Part shown: one piece after another, positions 40,286 to 49,974 of the stretch | Layout: every line of letters starts with the position of its first letter | Position numbering within the stretch: the stretch's first letter is position 1 | Assembly: GCA_034520965.1 (NCBI GenBank) | Contig: JAXHMY010000001.1 | Span: 1,024,001 to 1,088,000 of the forward strand | From: Spirochaetia bacterium | GTDB lineage: Bacteria > Spirochaetota > Spirochaetia > DSM-16054 > Sediminispirochaetaceae | Reading direction: 5' to 3' | DNA length: 64,000 bases | Notes under the pieces: model-generated | Seen by the model: only the letters and a program-made list of their open reading frames with translations | What the model was told of the DNA's origin: nothing | Database searches by the model: none | Program-made: the position numbers and the translations under genes

Positions 40286-41467
40286 CTATTCCACCAGGAG
40301 GCGCAGGCGCTTTTTGCCGTCGGAGCTGCGAAAGGGGTTACGCTGGTGCTTTAGGAAGCTGCGGTAGGTTTTACAGGCCCGGTAATAGCCGTCGGGGCCG
40401 CGAAATGTCGCCGACACATCGCAGCGGTACAGCTCCAGGAGCTCCGGGAACAGGGGCGAGGCCATAACCTCTTGGGTGCGGAAGGTCGGCAGGCTCGGAA
40501 TCGCCGAGGGCATCATATGGTGCTTCACCAGATACTCCGCCGATGCGATCACCCGCTGGGGAAACTGGAGGTCCTCCAGAAACCGCCGGGTCTTCTGCGC
40601 GCCGATTTGTGAGTGCTGATCGAAGCGGTTGCCCCCCTGGGCCCGAGCGTAGGGCTTGCCGCAGTCGTGCAACAGAAGCCCGAGGCCAAGCTCGAGCTCG
40701 TATACCTTGCGATGGGTAAAGGTCTCTAGGGTGTGCTTCCAGACATTGCCCTCGGGGTGATCCTCCTTGGAGTGATGCACCCCATCCATATGCTCCAGCA
40801 GGGGCCAATAGGCGGAAATAAAACCACTGTCCATCAGAAACTGCAGGGCCGCAGCGCTATGCCCACCCGTGAGCACGCCGGTAAGCAGGAAACGCTGCTC
40901 AATAGACGATAGGTGCCCGGGCTGCTCGACCTCGGCCGTCCCGCCGGGGACATCCGGCGGTTTGTACCCAAACCGTGCAATCAACAGGGCCGCCTCGAGT
41001 ATTGTAAGCACGGCCCCGGCCCCTTTCTCTGCCCCTGTCTCGGCCCCAGCATTTTCTGTGAGCAGCTGCAGGTTGGCACTCCGCAGATGCGGATACGCGG
41101 TACAGGGGTCCTGAAACACCCCCCGCCCTATCTCAAAGCGAAAACTGCCCTGCAGAGTGCCCCGGCTCTGCGCCTCGCCCGCTGCCTCCCCGGGCTCGAC
41201 ACAACGGAACAGAACCAAAGTCCTGCCGTCCCGGTGGGCACTATCGAGGGCACTATCGAGGGCCGCATCGAAGAACTCCGCCCCGGGGAAGGTAATTCCG
41301 TCGAACAGACGGGTCAAATCGACTAACGAGGCCTCGGTCTCCACCCAAAGTATATCGGCCCCTCCGTTCGCCCCTCGTCTGCGCCGTCCAAAGTAGATAT
41401 CCAGGGCTGAGGGACCGATCAAATATGTTGGAAAGCCGGCTTCCACCAGCGGTGCTAACAACTGCAT
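40286..41467 (-). CDS. HD-domain protein related to tRNA nucleotidyltransferase/poly(A) polymerase
   Basis: HPEGNVWKHTL, LLLHDCGK, HSQIGA, KHHM; degenerate N-terminal NTase region. Confidence 0.8.
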   Translation of the reverse strand: MQLLAPLVEAGFPTYLIGPSALDIYFGRRRRGANGGADILWVETEASLVDLTRLFDGITFPGAEFFDAALDSALDSAHRDGRTLVLFRCVEPGEAAGEAQSRGTLQGSFRFEIGRGVFQDPCTAYPHLRSANLQLLTENAGAETGAEKGAGAVLTILEAALLIARFGYKPPDVPGGTAEVEQPGHLSSIEQRFLLTGVLTGGHSAAALQFLMDSGFISAYWPLLEHMDGVHHSKEDHPEGNVWKHTLETFTHRKVYELELGLGLLLHDCGKPYARAQGGNRFDQHSQIGAQKTRRFLEDLQFPQRVIASAEYLVKHHMMPSAIPSLPTFRTQEVMASPLFPELLELYRCDVSATFRGPDGYYRACKTYRSFLKHQRNPFRSSDGKKRLRLLVE

Positions 41468-41521
41468 CTGTACAAGATACCGCTTTCATGCCACGGGTTT
41501 CAAGGGAAAAGTGCTCAGAAC

Positions 41522-41847
41522 CACTGTAGCTCGATGCCGTTAGTCTACAAAAATTTGGTGGAAAAAGGATGACTATCGTATTCGAGCCACAGCGCTTTGG
41601 ATTGGCCTCCCATCACCGCACGCTGCAGTGTCGACGGTTCGAATAGCCTCTTTCATCTTGTTACAGACTTCCCAGAAACTATATAGCCCCTGCCTGTGGC
41701 CAGCAGTGGTGGGCAGCATCAGTGGCAGGCCGGATCAAGGCCAGAGCCCCCCCCCCACCACCACTGTCCCAAAACACTGTACCTCGATGCCGTTAGTCTA
41801 CCAAAATTTGGTGGAAAAAGGCTGACTATTGGAATCGAGCCACAGCG
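41522..41847. repeat. Two direct copies (period 253 bp) of a ~70-bp imperfect-palindromic element
   Basis: Copies at 41524-41592 and 41777-41845, each with 22-nt arms matching 17/22. Confidence 0.88.
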
Positions 41848-41979
41848 TTATGGGGTGGCCACCGTGGACGGCTCGGGGGCGGTCGCCGGGGCTGGGGCTG
41901 GGCCCCGAGTCATCCATTGTCACAGCGGGCTTTTCGCTTTACACTTTAAGGCAGTAATTACTATTGGGGGGTGGCAAGC

Positions 41980-42501
41980 ATGATACTATCAGGACGAGAG
42001 ATCAAAAAGCGGCTTGGGAAGGATATACGCATCGACCCGTTTCACGAGGAACAGCTCAATCCCAACAGCTACAACCTGCGGCTGCACAACCAACTGCTCT
42101 CGTACACCGGCGCGGAGCTGGACATGCGAATAGACAATCCTACCCGGAAAATCACCATCCCCGATAATGGTCTGATGCTCTACCCCGGACGCCTCTACCT
42201 GGGCCGGACGGTGGAATACACCGAAACCCACGGGGCGGTTCCGATGCTGGAGGGCCGCTCATCGATAGGCCGGCTGGGCCTGTTTATCCATGTCACCGCC
42301 GGTTTCGGAGATGTGGGGTTTAAGGGCTACTGGACCCTGGAGATATTCTGCGTCCAGCCGATTATCATTTATCCGGATGTGGAAATCTGCCAGCTCTACT
42401 TCCACGAAGTATCCCCGGACCACTCGGAGTACACCAAAGGCAAATACCAGGAGAACCACGAAATTCAGGCCAGCATGCTGTACAAGGATTTTGAGGAATA
42501 G
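41980..42501 (+). CDS. dcd: dCTP deaminase
   Basis: MILSGREI, QLNPNSYNLRL, EGRSSIGRLGL, TAGFGDVGFKG, ICQL. Confidence 0.95.
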   Translation: MILSGREIKKRLGKDIRIDPFHEEQLNPNSYNLRLHNQLLSYTGAELDMRIDNPTRKITIPDNGLMLYPGRLYLGRTVEYTETHGAVPMLEGRSSIGRLGLFIHVTAGFGDVGFKGYWTLEIFCVQPIIIYPDVEICQLYFHEVSPDHSEYTKGKYQENHEIQASMLYKDFEE

Positions 42502-42503
42502 CT

Positions 42504-42540
42504 GCGCCCCGCCGCCTGGCTGGGCTGGGCGGGGGCGCGC
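42504..42540. terminator. GC-rich hairpin between convergent dcd and dapB
   Basis: GCGCCCC...GGGGCGC stem; no clear U-tract. Confidence 0.4.
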
Positions 42541-42549
42541 TCCGCGGGT

Positions 42550-43320
42550 TTAGCCGATTGACTCGGCGATCATCTCTTCCATGTGGTAGTAGCCGGGCTG
42601 TTTGCCGGCGATGTAAGCGGCGGCCTTCAGCGCCCCAACGGTAAACAGCGCCTTTGAGTAGGCGGCGTGGCTGATGGTCAGCCGTTCATCCTGGCCGGCA
42701 AAAATCACGTCGTGCTCGCCGACAATATTGCCGCCCCGCAGCGCATGAATACCTATCTCGCCCTTCTCCCGCAGCCTGTTTTTGTCATCCCGGCCGTTCA
42801 CATACTCCATAGAGCCGCCGCGGGCCTCGTTCAGGGCATCCGCCAGGGTTAGAGCCGTACCGCTGGGGGCATCGCGCTTGGTGTTGTGGTGCTTCTCGAC
42901 AACCTCAATGTCAAAGGCATCGCCCAGCAGCGAGGCAGCCTGCTTCACCAGTTCCTTGAGCAAGTTCACCCCCAGGGACATGTTGGCCGCCTGGAAAATA
43001 GGAACGCGGGCCGCCGCCTCGCGCAGATGCGCATACTGGGCCTCGCTCAAACCGGTGGTCGCCACCACCACCGCCAGCCCCTTCTCGACGGCCGCATCAA
43101 TCATTGCATCCAGCCCCTCGGCCCGGGAAAAATCTATCACCACATCCGCCGCTTCCTGCACCTCCGCCAAGGAGCCGTAGACGGGAAAATTCCAATCGTC
43201 CTTTGCATCGACCACCGCATCCACCCCGGCGGCTACCACAAACTCATCGTTCGCCTCGATGGTCGCGGCCAAGGTCCTTCCCATTTTTCCGTTGCAGCCG
43301 TGTATAATTGTTTTAATCAT
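42550..43320 (-). CDS. dapB: 4-hydroxy-tetrahydrodipicolinate reductase
   Basis: GCNGKMG, DFS, ATTG, ANMSLGV, EKHHNTKRDAPSGTA, RGGNIVGEH; GGAGG SD. Confidence 0.96.
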   Translation of the reverse strand: MIKTIIHGCNGKMGRTLAATIEANDEFVVAAGVDAVVDAKDDWNFPVYGSLAEVQEAADVVIDFSRAEGLDAMIDAAVEKGLAVVVATTGLSEAQYAHLREAAARVPIFQAANMSLGVNLLKELVKQAASLLGDAFDIEVVEKHHNTKRDAPSGTALTLADALNEARGGSMEYVNGRDDKNRLREKGEIGIHALRGGNIVGEHDVIFAGQDERLTISHAAYSKALFTVGALKAAAYIAGKQPGYYHMEEMIAESIG

Positions 43321-43436
43321 TGTTCGCCTCCCTTTATCTCCCTTATCTACATTTATAGTAATTAAAGGGAGGCACAATTACAAGTTGAGGCCGGCGGGCC
43401 CGCTTGCAACCCCCTGTGGCCCTCATCAGGGCCGGC

Positions 43437-43706
43437 TTAGGCGCAGTCGTCGTTGCCGGGGGCTGAGCCCTGCCTGGGCCACCGCAGCCCCCCCGGCAAA
43501 GGTCCCCCCGGCCAAGAGCCCTCCGGGGCGGACCATGGGCGCGAGCCGCCGATGCAGCCGTTGCGCTGCACCTGCCGGACTATGCAAATCCGGTCTTCCT
43601 CGAAATCCAGCAGCAGCTGCCGCCCCCCGGTACCCTCCGCGGCACACTCCACGCAGGCCTGCCCCCGGGAACCCTCCGTTCCCCGCCGATAAAACCTGAG
43701 AATCAT
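43437..43706 (-). CDS. Small hypothetical protein or gene remnant
   Basis: Strong AGGAGGAGGGGAG SD before ATG; C-terminal half is low-complexity and GC-rich. Confidence 0.35.
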   Translation of the reverse strand: MILRFYRRGTEGSRGQACVECAAEGTGGRQLLLDFEEDRICIVRQVQRNGCIGGSRPWSAPEGSWPGGPLPGGLRWPRQGSAPGNDDCA

Positions 43707-43791
43707 ACTCCCCTCCTCCTGTGGGCTATCACTATAAATAACAGGCGGAGGTGCTGCTCTGCTTCAGCCCGCGGGGAATTTATTCATAAAT

Positions 43792-44066
43792 TCATGCACT
43801 TTCTTTTAATTTTCCATTCACATATTTATGCAATATCATTGAGACCAATGTTTGATAGGGTATCCCTTCTTCTAATGCTTTAACCTTTAAATTCTTAAGT
43901 CTCTTTCAGATATTCTAATATTCATCCTTTTATCTTTTCTAAGGGTTCTGTTTGCGTTTTCTATAGCCTCTTCTATCTCTTTTTTTTTATTTTCAGCTAC
44001 AGGCATCCATTCTTCATTTTCAATTGATTCAATTAATTCTTTCTCTTCTTCATCATAATATTTCAT
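43792..44066 (-). pseudogene. RHH/CopG-like antitoxin with one base missing near 43896 (91 aa if repaired)
   Basis: Hand translation MKYYDEEEKELIESIE...KDKRMNIRISERDL then stop at 43887; the shifted frame continues NLKVKALEEGIPYQTLVSMILHKYVNGKLKESA; ATGA overlap with the toxin. Confidence 0.85.
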
Positions 44067-44353
44067 CTTTTCTCCTCCTGATTCTGAAGGTATTTTCTCG
44101 TGTATTTCCTGCTTGGGAATATTGTTTTCAGAAAAATAATATCACTATCTTCATCTTTTATGAATGGAACAGCATAGATATAGTTTTCTCTTTCTACTAA
44201 ATAGACCTTTTGCTTTGGATACTTTTCTTTGTTGGGATGCTCTATAATATCTACAATGCTTCCTTCACTAATACAGAGGACTATTTCTTCAAAAGATACG
44301 TTTCTTTGCTTCTGCAAAAAATCATTTTTCTCATTTTCCCAATCAAAGACCAT
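44063..44353 (-). CDS. BrnT-like type II toxin
   Basis: FDWENEKN...RNVSFEEI...EHPN..KY..Q...VPF...FLKTIFPSRKYT. Confidence 0.85.
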   Translation of the reverse strand: MVFDWENEKNDFLQKQRNVSFEEIVLCISEGSIVDIIEHPNKEKYPKQKVYLVERENYIYAVPFIKDEDSDIIFLKTIFPSRKYTRKYLQNQEEKR

Positions 44354-44449
44354 ATTCTTATTGTAGAAAAAACGTGTGCCTATTGTCAATACAAGATAAA
44401 AAAAGCACTCTCATGAAGGAACGACAGAGGCCCGGCGGGCTTGTCGATG

Positions 44450-45526
44450 TCATAAAGGTTTTTTATTAAATAGCTCGTTAAAACGTTCGGAGTTCTCTGC
44501 AAAGGCCGAGAGCACATCGGGGTCGAAGTGCTGCGGTAATGTTCTTCCGTCTCCCCGGGTAATTATATCTACAACCTGCCGGTGGTCCAGGGCAGGTTTA
44601 TAAGGCCGGGCGGATCTGAGCGCATCGTACTGGTCAACTATATTTACTATCCGTCCTTCAACCGGGATTTCCTCGCCCCGCAAACCTGCGGGATATCCAC
44701 CCCCGTCCCAGCGCTCATGGTGGGAGGCTGTGATTTTTGCAGCGGTAATCAGGTAAGGGCCGGTCGAATCTTGCAACATCATCTCCCCGATTGTAGTATG
44801 ACCTTTCATAACCTCCCACTCATCCAAAGACAGGCCCGACTGCTTAAGAAGAATAGAGTCGGGAACTCCTATTTTTCCAATATCGTGCATAGGGGCGGCG
44901 TAGAATATTTGTTCCACAAAAGTCTTATCGAAGCCCATTTTTGTGGCCAGCTCTTTTGCGTAGCAGCCAATTCTCATAATGTGAGCGCCCGTGCCCTCAT
45001 CCCTGTATTCGGCCACCAGGGTTAGCCGATGGATGGTTTCCCGGTAGCTCTGCCCTAAATCCGTATTCGCCTTCTCCAGCTCCAGGGTCCGCTCCCTCAC
45101 TTGTTCCGCTAAATCGGTGTTGTAGTGTTCCAGTAAATCGTAGTAGTCCTTGACCCTGAGGTTATTGCGTATGCGAAGGAGCAATTCCCGATTCTCTATC
45201 GGTTTTGACAGAAAGTCGTCTGCCCCAGCTTCTATGCCCTCAAACATGTTCTCTTTCGACTTGAGTTCCCCGGTAAGCATGATTATCGGGATATGCTTTA
45301 CCGGCTCCCTCGAGCGAATCGCCCTAATCGCTTCAAAACCGTTTAGCTTCGGCATGCTCGCATCCATAAGGATAAGGTCGGGTTTGTGCTTCTCCGCAGC
45401 CTCCACCCCCTCCTGTCCGTCTGCAGCGCCCAGGGAAGCGTAGTCATTATCGGCGCAGAGGGCTTGAAGAAAAGTGCGCACTCCCTCATTGTCATCTACA
45501 ATTAGTATTGTGTGTGTGTCGTTCAT
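44450..45526 (-). CDS. Response regulator with HD-GYP phosphodiesterase (RpfG-like)
   Basis: VDD, LMDASMP, SKP receiver; ETG-like EGTGAH, MHDIGKIG, HHERWDGGGYP, DQYDAL, RPYK. Confidence 0.95.
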   Translation of the reverse strand: MNDTHTILIVDDNEGVRTFLQALCADNDYASLGAADGQEGVEAAEKHKPDLILMDASMPKLNGFEAIRAIRSREPVKHIPIIMLTGELKSKENMFEGIEAGADDFLSKPIENRELLLRIRNNLRVKDYYDLLEHYNTDLAEQVRERTLELEKANTDLGQSYRETIHRLTLVAEYRDEGTGAHIMRIGCYAKELATKMGFDKTFVEQIFYAAPMHDIGKIGVPDSILLKQSGLSLDEWEVMKGHTTIGEMMLQDSTGPYLITAAKITASHHERWDGGGYPAGLRGEEIPVEGRIVNIVDQYDALRSARPYKPALDHRQVVDIITRGDGRTLPQHFDPDVLSAFAENSERFNELFNKKPL

Positions 45527-45545
45527 CCATAAACCTTCCAATTAG

Positions 45546-47945
45546 CTAAGAGTCCAAGAATTTTCTCAGTTCATAGACAAGCTCATCCGGCTCTATGGGT
45601 TTTTCAAAACGCTTCCAGCCTTCCAAAAGCCCCTCCCACTTATCCATGTTCCCTTCACTATAACCGGTCATAAAAACTATTTTCATTTCCGGTGAAACCG
45701 CTTGTATTCTAGCGGCCAGCTCAAGACCGCTTTCTCCGGGCATCACAATATCGGTAATGAGCAGATCGATCTCACTGGACCGCCGTTGGAACAGTTCCCA
45801 TCCAGTCTCCGCATCTTCAGCCTCCAGCACCGAGTAGCCCCACTCCCGCAGGGTGAGTCCCAAGGAACTTCGCACCATATCTTCATCTTCGACCAGCAGA
45901 ATAACTTCCTCTCCTGTAAGTTTTTCAGGAGCCTCTTCCATTTCAACAGCACTTATCTCCCCTTCGACCGCAGGAAAGTACAAGGAAAACTCGGACCCCT
46001 TTCCCACTTCACTATCGCAGAATATATAACCCTTCAGCTGCTTTACCGTCCCATACACGGTTGCAAGCCCCAAGCCCGTACCTTTACCGCTTTTCTTGGT
46101 TGTGTAAAAGGGTTCAAATAAATGGGCTACCGTGTCGGCAGTCATTCCCTCTCCATTGTCGGTAACCCTTAGCACGACGTACTTTCCGGGATAAATGATT
46201 CTGCTGTGCTCCTTGGTAGTTTTAAAGAATTCCGCCTCCTCCACCCTATACACCAAATTACCTCCTGAAGGCATGGCATCACGGGCGTTGGTCGCAAGAT
46301 TCATAATTATCTGATGCAGCTGGTTCATATCGGCATGGATAAGAGGCACCTTCGGGTCGGATATAATGTCCAGGTTGATATCCGCGGCAATGAGTCGGTC
46401 CAGCATTTTTTTTGAATCCTCGAGTACGGAATTAATATCTACATTTTCAAACACAAGTTCCTGCTTCCTGCTAAAGGCAAGCAGTTGGTGGGTAAGATCA
46501 GCCGCACGTTTGACCGCTTTTTCAATCTCCATAAGATGTCCATACTCGACAGCTTCGGGATCGGTCTTTTTTCGTATTATCTGGGCAAAACCCTTTATTA
46601 CCATAAGCATATTGTTAAAATCATGGGCAATACCTCCGGCAAGCCTGCCCACTGCATCAAGTTTTTGAGATAGAAACAACTGCGTCTCAAGTTCCTTCTT
46701 TTCGGTTACATCTCGAATAAGGCCGATAAATCCGGTTATTTCGCCATACTCGTTCTTAATATAATACACCCTTGCTTCTCCGGGAAAAACCTGGCCGTTC
46801 TTCTTCCGGTAGTTAACGGAATAGAGAAAGTTTTTCTTTTCGTCGTTGTTTTTTTTAATAGCCTCTCCCATCTCTGCAAACTGTTCTTTATTCTCGTAGA
46901 CATACTCGGTGGGCTTACCTCGAATTTCCTCAAGGGTATACCCAAAAATCGAAGTAAAGGCGGCATTACAATCGGTAATTATTCTGTCGGTATTTGCTAC
47001 CAGGATTGCGTCGCGGATAGAATCGAAGAGGTCCCTGTACCGGCTCTCACTTTTTCTTAGAGCCTTCTCTGCTTTTTTGCGGTCACCGGTATTCCTTACT
47101 ACCGAAAGCACCACTTTTCTTCCTTCGAAACGAATAACCTGTGCATGTACTTCCACGGGAATAGCTCTTCCGCTTCGGCCTATATGTACGGTTTCAAAGA
47201 GAGCATCCCCTGTCTTTTGAAGGTCCGCAACCCGGGCAGAAAAAAGACTTTTGAATTGGGGACTATCAATCTCGGATATATTCTTTTTAAGAAACTCTTC
47301 CCTGGGGTATTCAAGGCGGGTACATGCTGCCTCATTCACCTCCAGTATCTGCCCCTCCAAGCTGTGTATAAAAACTGCATCGGCAATGTGGTTAAAAAGA
47401 GTTTCGAACTTCTCCTTCTCGCTTACCAGCTGTTTTTCCCGCCGACGCTCTTCGCTTAAATCGTAAAGAGTTATGCAGAGGTGAAGCAGACCCTCAAAGA
47501 CCAAGGGAATAATCGATACACTCGCCGGTACCTCCTTCTCTTCCTTGCCTACAATTTGTACTTCTTGACATTTTTTCTTACTGCCGCCGGAAACTTCTAT
47601 TAAACCGGTGGTAACCAGGACCTTCGAATTCGCAGCAAAATAGCTTGTGAGTTTCGAACCGATTATCTCGTCCTTTCCGTACCCAAGAAGCTTGCAAAAA
47701 CTTTCGTTACAATAGGCTATCACCCCGCTTTTATCGGTCACCAGGGCTCCATCAACCATCTCGTCGATAAAGGCCTGAGCAATATGGGTCATTTCCGAGG
47801 GAGAATCGATATGTGCATTCTGGGCAGTTCCCGGGACAACCGCACCAAGCTCCTTTCCCATACCCGCGGCTTGCAGGGCAGCCTCTGCCTGCCGTACCCG
47901 CAGTCGCAGTCTTTCGTTTTCTTTAAGGAGCTCCTCTCTATCCAA
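45546..47945 (-). CDS. Hybrid sensor histidine kinase (3 PAS, HisKA, HATPase, REC)
   Basis: GGIAHDFNN, NLATNARDAM, DNGEG, FEPFYTTK, GTGLGL, LITDIVMP; probable TTG start 47945. Confidence 0.93.
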   Translation of the reverse strand: MDREELLKENERLRLRVRQAEAALQAAGMGKELGAVVPGTAQNAHIDSPSEMTHIAQAFIDEMVDGALVTDKSGVIAYCNESFCKLLGYGKDEIIGSKLTSYFAANSKVLVTTGLIEVSGGSKKKCQEVQIVGKEEKEVPASVSIIPLVFEGLLHLCITLYDLSEERRREKQLVSEKEKFETLFNHIADAVFIHSLEGQILEVNEAACTRLEYPREEFLKKNISEIDSPQFKSLFSARVADLQKTGDALFETVHIGRSGRAIPVEVHAQVIRFEGRKVVLSVVRNTGDRKKAEKALRKSESRYRDLFDSIRDAILVANTDRIITDCNAAFTSIFGYTLEEIRGKPTEYVYENKEQFAEMGEAIKKNNDEKKNFLYSVNYRKKNGQVFPGEARVYYIKNEYGEITGFIGLIRDVTEKKELETQLFLSQKLDAVGRLAGGIAHDFNNMLMVIKGFAQIIRKKTDPEAVEYGHLMEIEKAVKRAADLTHQLLAFSRKQELVFENVDINSVLEDSKKMLDRLIAADINLDIISDPKVPLIHADMNQLHQIIMNLATNARDAMPSGGNLVYRVEEAEFFKTTKEHSRIIYPGKYVVLRVTDNGEGMTADTVAHLFEPFYTTKKSGKGTGLGLATVYGTVKQLKGYIFCDSEVGKGSEFSLYFPAVEGEISAVEMEEAPEKLTGEEVILLVEDEDMVRSSLGLTLREWGYSVLEAEDAETGWELFQRRSSEIDLLITDIVMPGESGLELAARIQAVSPEMKIVFMTGYSEGNMDKWEGLLEGWKRFEKPIEPDELVYELRKFLDS

Positions 47946-48052
47946 CCCACCCCCCTTTTCTCTCATTATCCAACTAATAGTCCAACTTTTCAAGTTAATA
48001 TTTTGTATCAACATTTCATTCTAGTATGATATACTTCAAAGAGGGGTTAGAT

Positions 48053-48400
48053 ATGGGAAAAAAGATACTGGTTATCGACGACGAAGAATCTATTATATAT
48101 ATCATGAAAGAGCTTTTCGGAGACCTGGGCCACAGGGTAACGGGAAAAACTGATCCCAAAGAGGGAAAGCAGGAAGCACTAGAGGGGGAGTACGACCTTA
48201 TTATCGTGGACCTGCGAATGCCGGGGATGGACGGGGCCGAAGTAACCGAGGCGATTATGGAGAAAAAGCCGGAAGCAAGAATCCTCATCAATACCGGCTT
48301 TCCCGGCGATCCCCTGGCACGAAGAGCTCTGGATGCGGGGGCTCTTTCCCTTATAAGAAAACCCTTTGAGATAGAGAAAGTCTACGACTTCCTGAAATAA
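48053..48400 (+). CDS. Single-domain response regulator
   Basis: VIDDE, VDLRMPGMDG, NTG, RKPF. Confidence 0.92.
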   Translation: MGKKILVIDDEESIIYIMKELFGDLGHRVTGKTDPKEGKQEALEGEYDLIIVDLRMPGMDGAEVTEAIMEKKPEARILINTGFPGDPLARRALDAGALSLIRKPFEIEKVYDFLK

Positions 48401-48414
48401 GGACAGTTAATTGT

Positions 48415-49949
48415 ATGGGAAAAGAAAAACCGGAGGACTTAAATAATCTTCTGCACGAAGTAGATTCATTCCTGGAAGAGGTCGATGAGGAGCAGCCTTC
48501 TCTCGAAGGCGGGGAAACGACTATCGGGAACCTCGCCGGGCGGGAGAAACTCATTCGGGAGTTGTTTCAAGAAACCGAACCCAGTTTAAACGGAGCCGTC
48601 GAGCTGCATGTATCCGAGGATGAGATGCAAGTGAGCCTCGACTGCTATCCTCCCCAAGGGCAGGGCGAGCTGATAAGCCCCAAGGTGGTGGAAAGCCAGC
48701 TGGTGGATAAAGAAATAAGCTACGGTATCGATTGGGATACCATCCAAAAGACCCTTTTCACCTGTAATACCGAACGAAGACAGATAAGCGGGGTTATCAT
48801 AGCCCGGGGTAAGACAGCATCGCCTGAAATTCCCGAGCATCTGCTGCTCAGGAAAGACCTTATCAAACCCACGGAGGAAAAACCACCAAAGGAAGAGCCG
48901 CAAGATAAGCGCGCGCAGATAGATTATCGCAAACGCAGCCCCTTCACCATTGTGGAAAAGGAAGAAGTACTTGCAAAACTCAAACGGAAAAAGAGGGGAG
49001 CTTCGGGTACACCGTAAAGGGAACGGCGAGTCCCTATCGCTCGACAAAAACAAACCTGCTTACCCCAGGAGAGAACACCAAATGGAGAGGGGACACTGTG
49101 ATAGCCGGCTGTTACGGCAGGTTTATTCATGAGGAGGGCAGCTTCGGGGTAAAAGAGGTGCTGGAGATTTCCAACAATGTCGACTACCACACCGGTAATA
49201 TCGATTTTCCCGGGGACGTAATTATCTATGGCGAGGTGAAGGACAGATTTACCGTGCAATCGGGGGGTTCCATATTCTGCAGTTCTACTCTTGATGCCCA
49301 CGATGTAAGCTGCAAGGGTGATCTTGTGGTTACTGGAGGGATTATTGGAAGAAAAGATGGAGTAGTAAAGGTAGGCGGCAAAATTAGAACCAATTTTATT
49401 GAAAATTGTTATGTTGAGGCGGAAGGACCTATTTTTGTAAAAACCAGTGTGATGAATTCGATAGTCAATACCAAGGGAAAGCTTACTATGGGTAAGCGGG
49501 GTACCATAATCGGTGGAAAGATTTTCGCACAAAACGGAGTAGAGTCTGCCCAGATAGGTACCCATAACCAGACCCGGACAGAAATAAACTGCGGAGTAGA
49601 CTTTTCAATTCAACAGAAGCTGTTTTGGATAAAGGACAATCAAATCAAGCTGCTTCAGAAAAAACGCAAAGTAGAGACGATGCTCTCAATGCATACCGAT
49701 GACCTCGAAAAACTCACGCAGTTAAAAGATGAGATTTCGGGGAAGATTCGTAAGTTGAGTGAAGTATCCATAATTTTATTAGAACGCCTCGACAAAAACG
49801 ACGCCGCTTATGTAGCAGTTAGCGACACCGTCCATTCCGGGGTGTATCTCGAAATATGCCACACCTCCTTCGTGGTAAAAAATCCGATGACAAAAGTTCG
49901 GTTTACCCTCAATAAGAAAATGGGCAAAATAGACTTTAAGGCGCTATAA
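48415..49949 (+). pseudogene. fapA: Second FapA (DUF342) protein, one base missing near 48985-48992 (511 aa if repaired)
   Basis: FapA_N-like start and IDYRKRSPF; shifted frame continues EGSFGYTVKG...NVDYHTGNIDFPGDV...GTIIGG. Confidence 0.85.
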
Positions 49950-49974
49950 ATCCGGTTTTTAAAAAAATGCACTC

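Noticed and set aside
41522..41847. Duplicated hairpins as CRISPR repeats or tRNAs
   Set aside because: Only two ~70-bp copies about 185 bp apart; no cloverleaf or T-loop arrangement.
43321..43760. Lysine riboswitch upstream of dapB
   Set aside because: No recognisable L-box core; the region is GC-rich low-complexity sequence with a small SD-led ORF.
48981..49000. Programmed -1 frameshift in the second fapA
   Set aside because: G AAA AAG is not a canonical X XXY YYZ heptamer, and similar one-base losses occur in unrelated nearby genes.
43794..49973. ATGCACT near both ends of the low-GC block as an att or target duplication
   Set aside because: Only 7 bp, expected by chance; no recombinase nearby.
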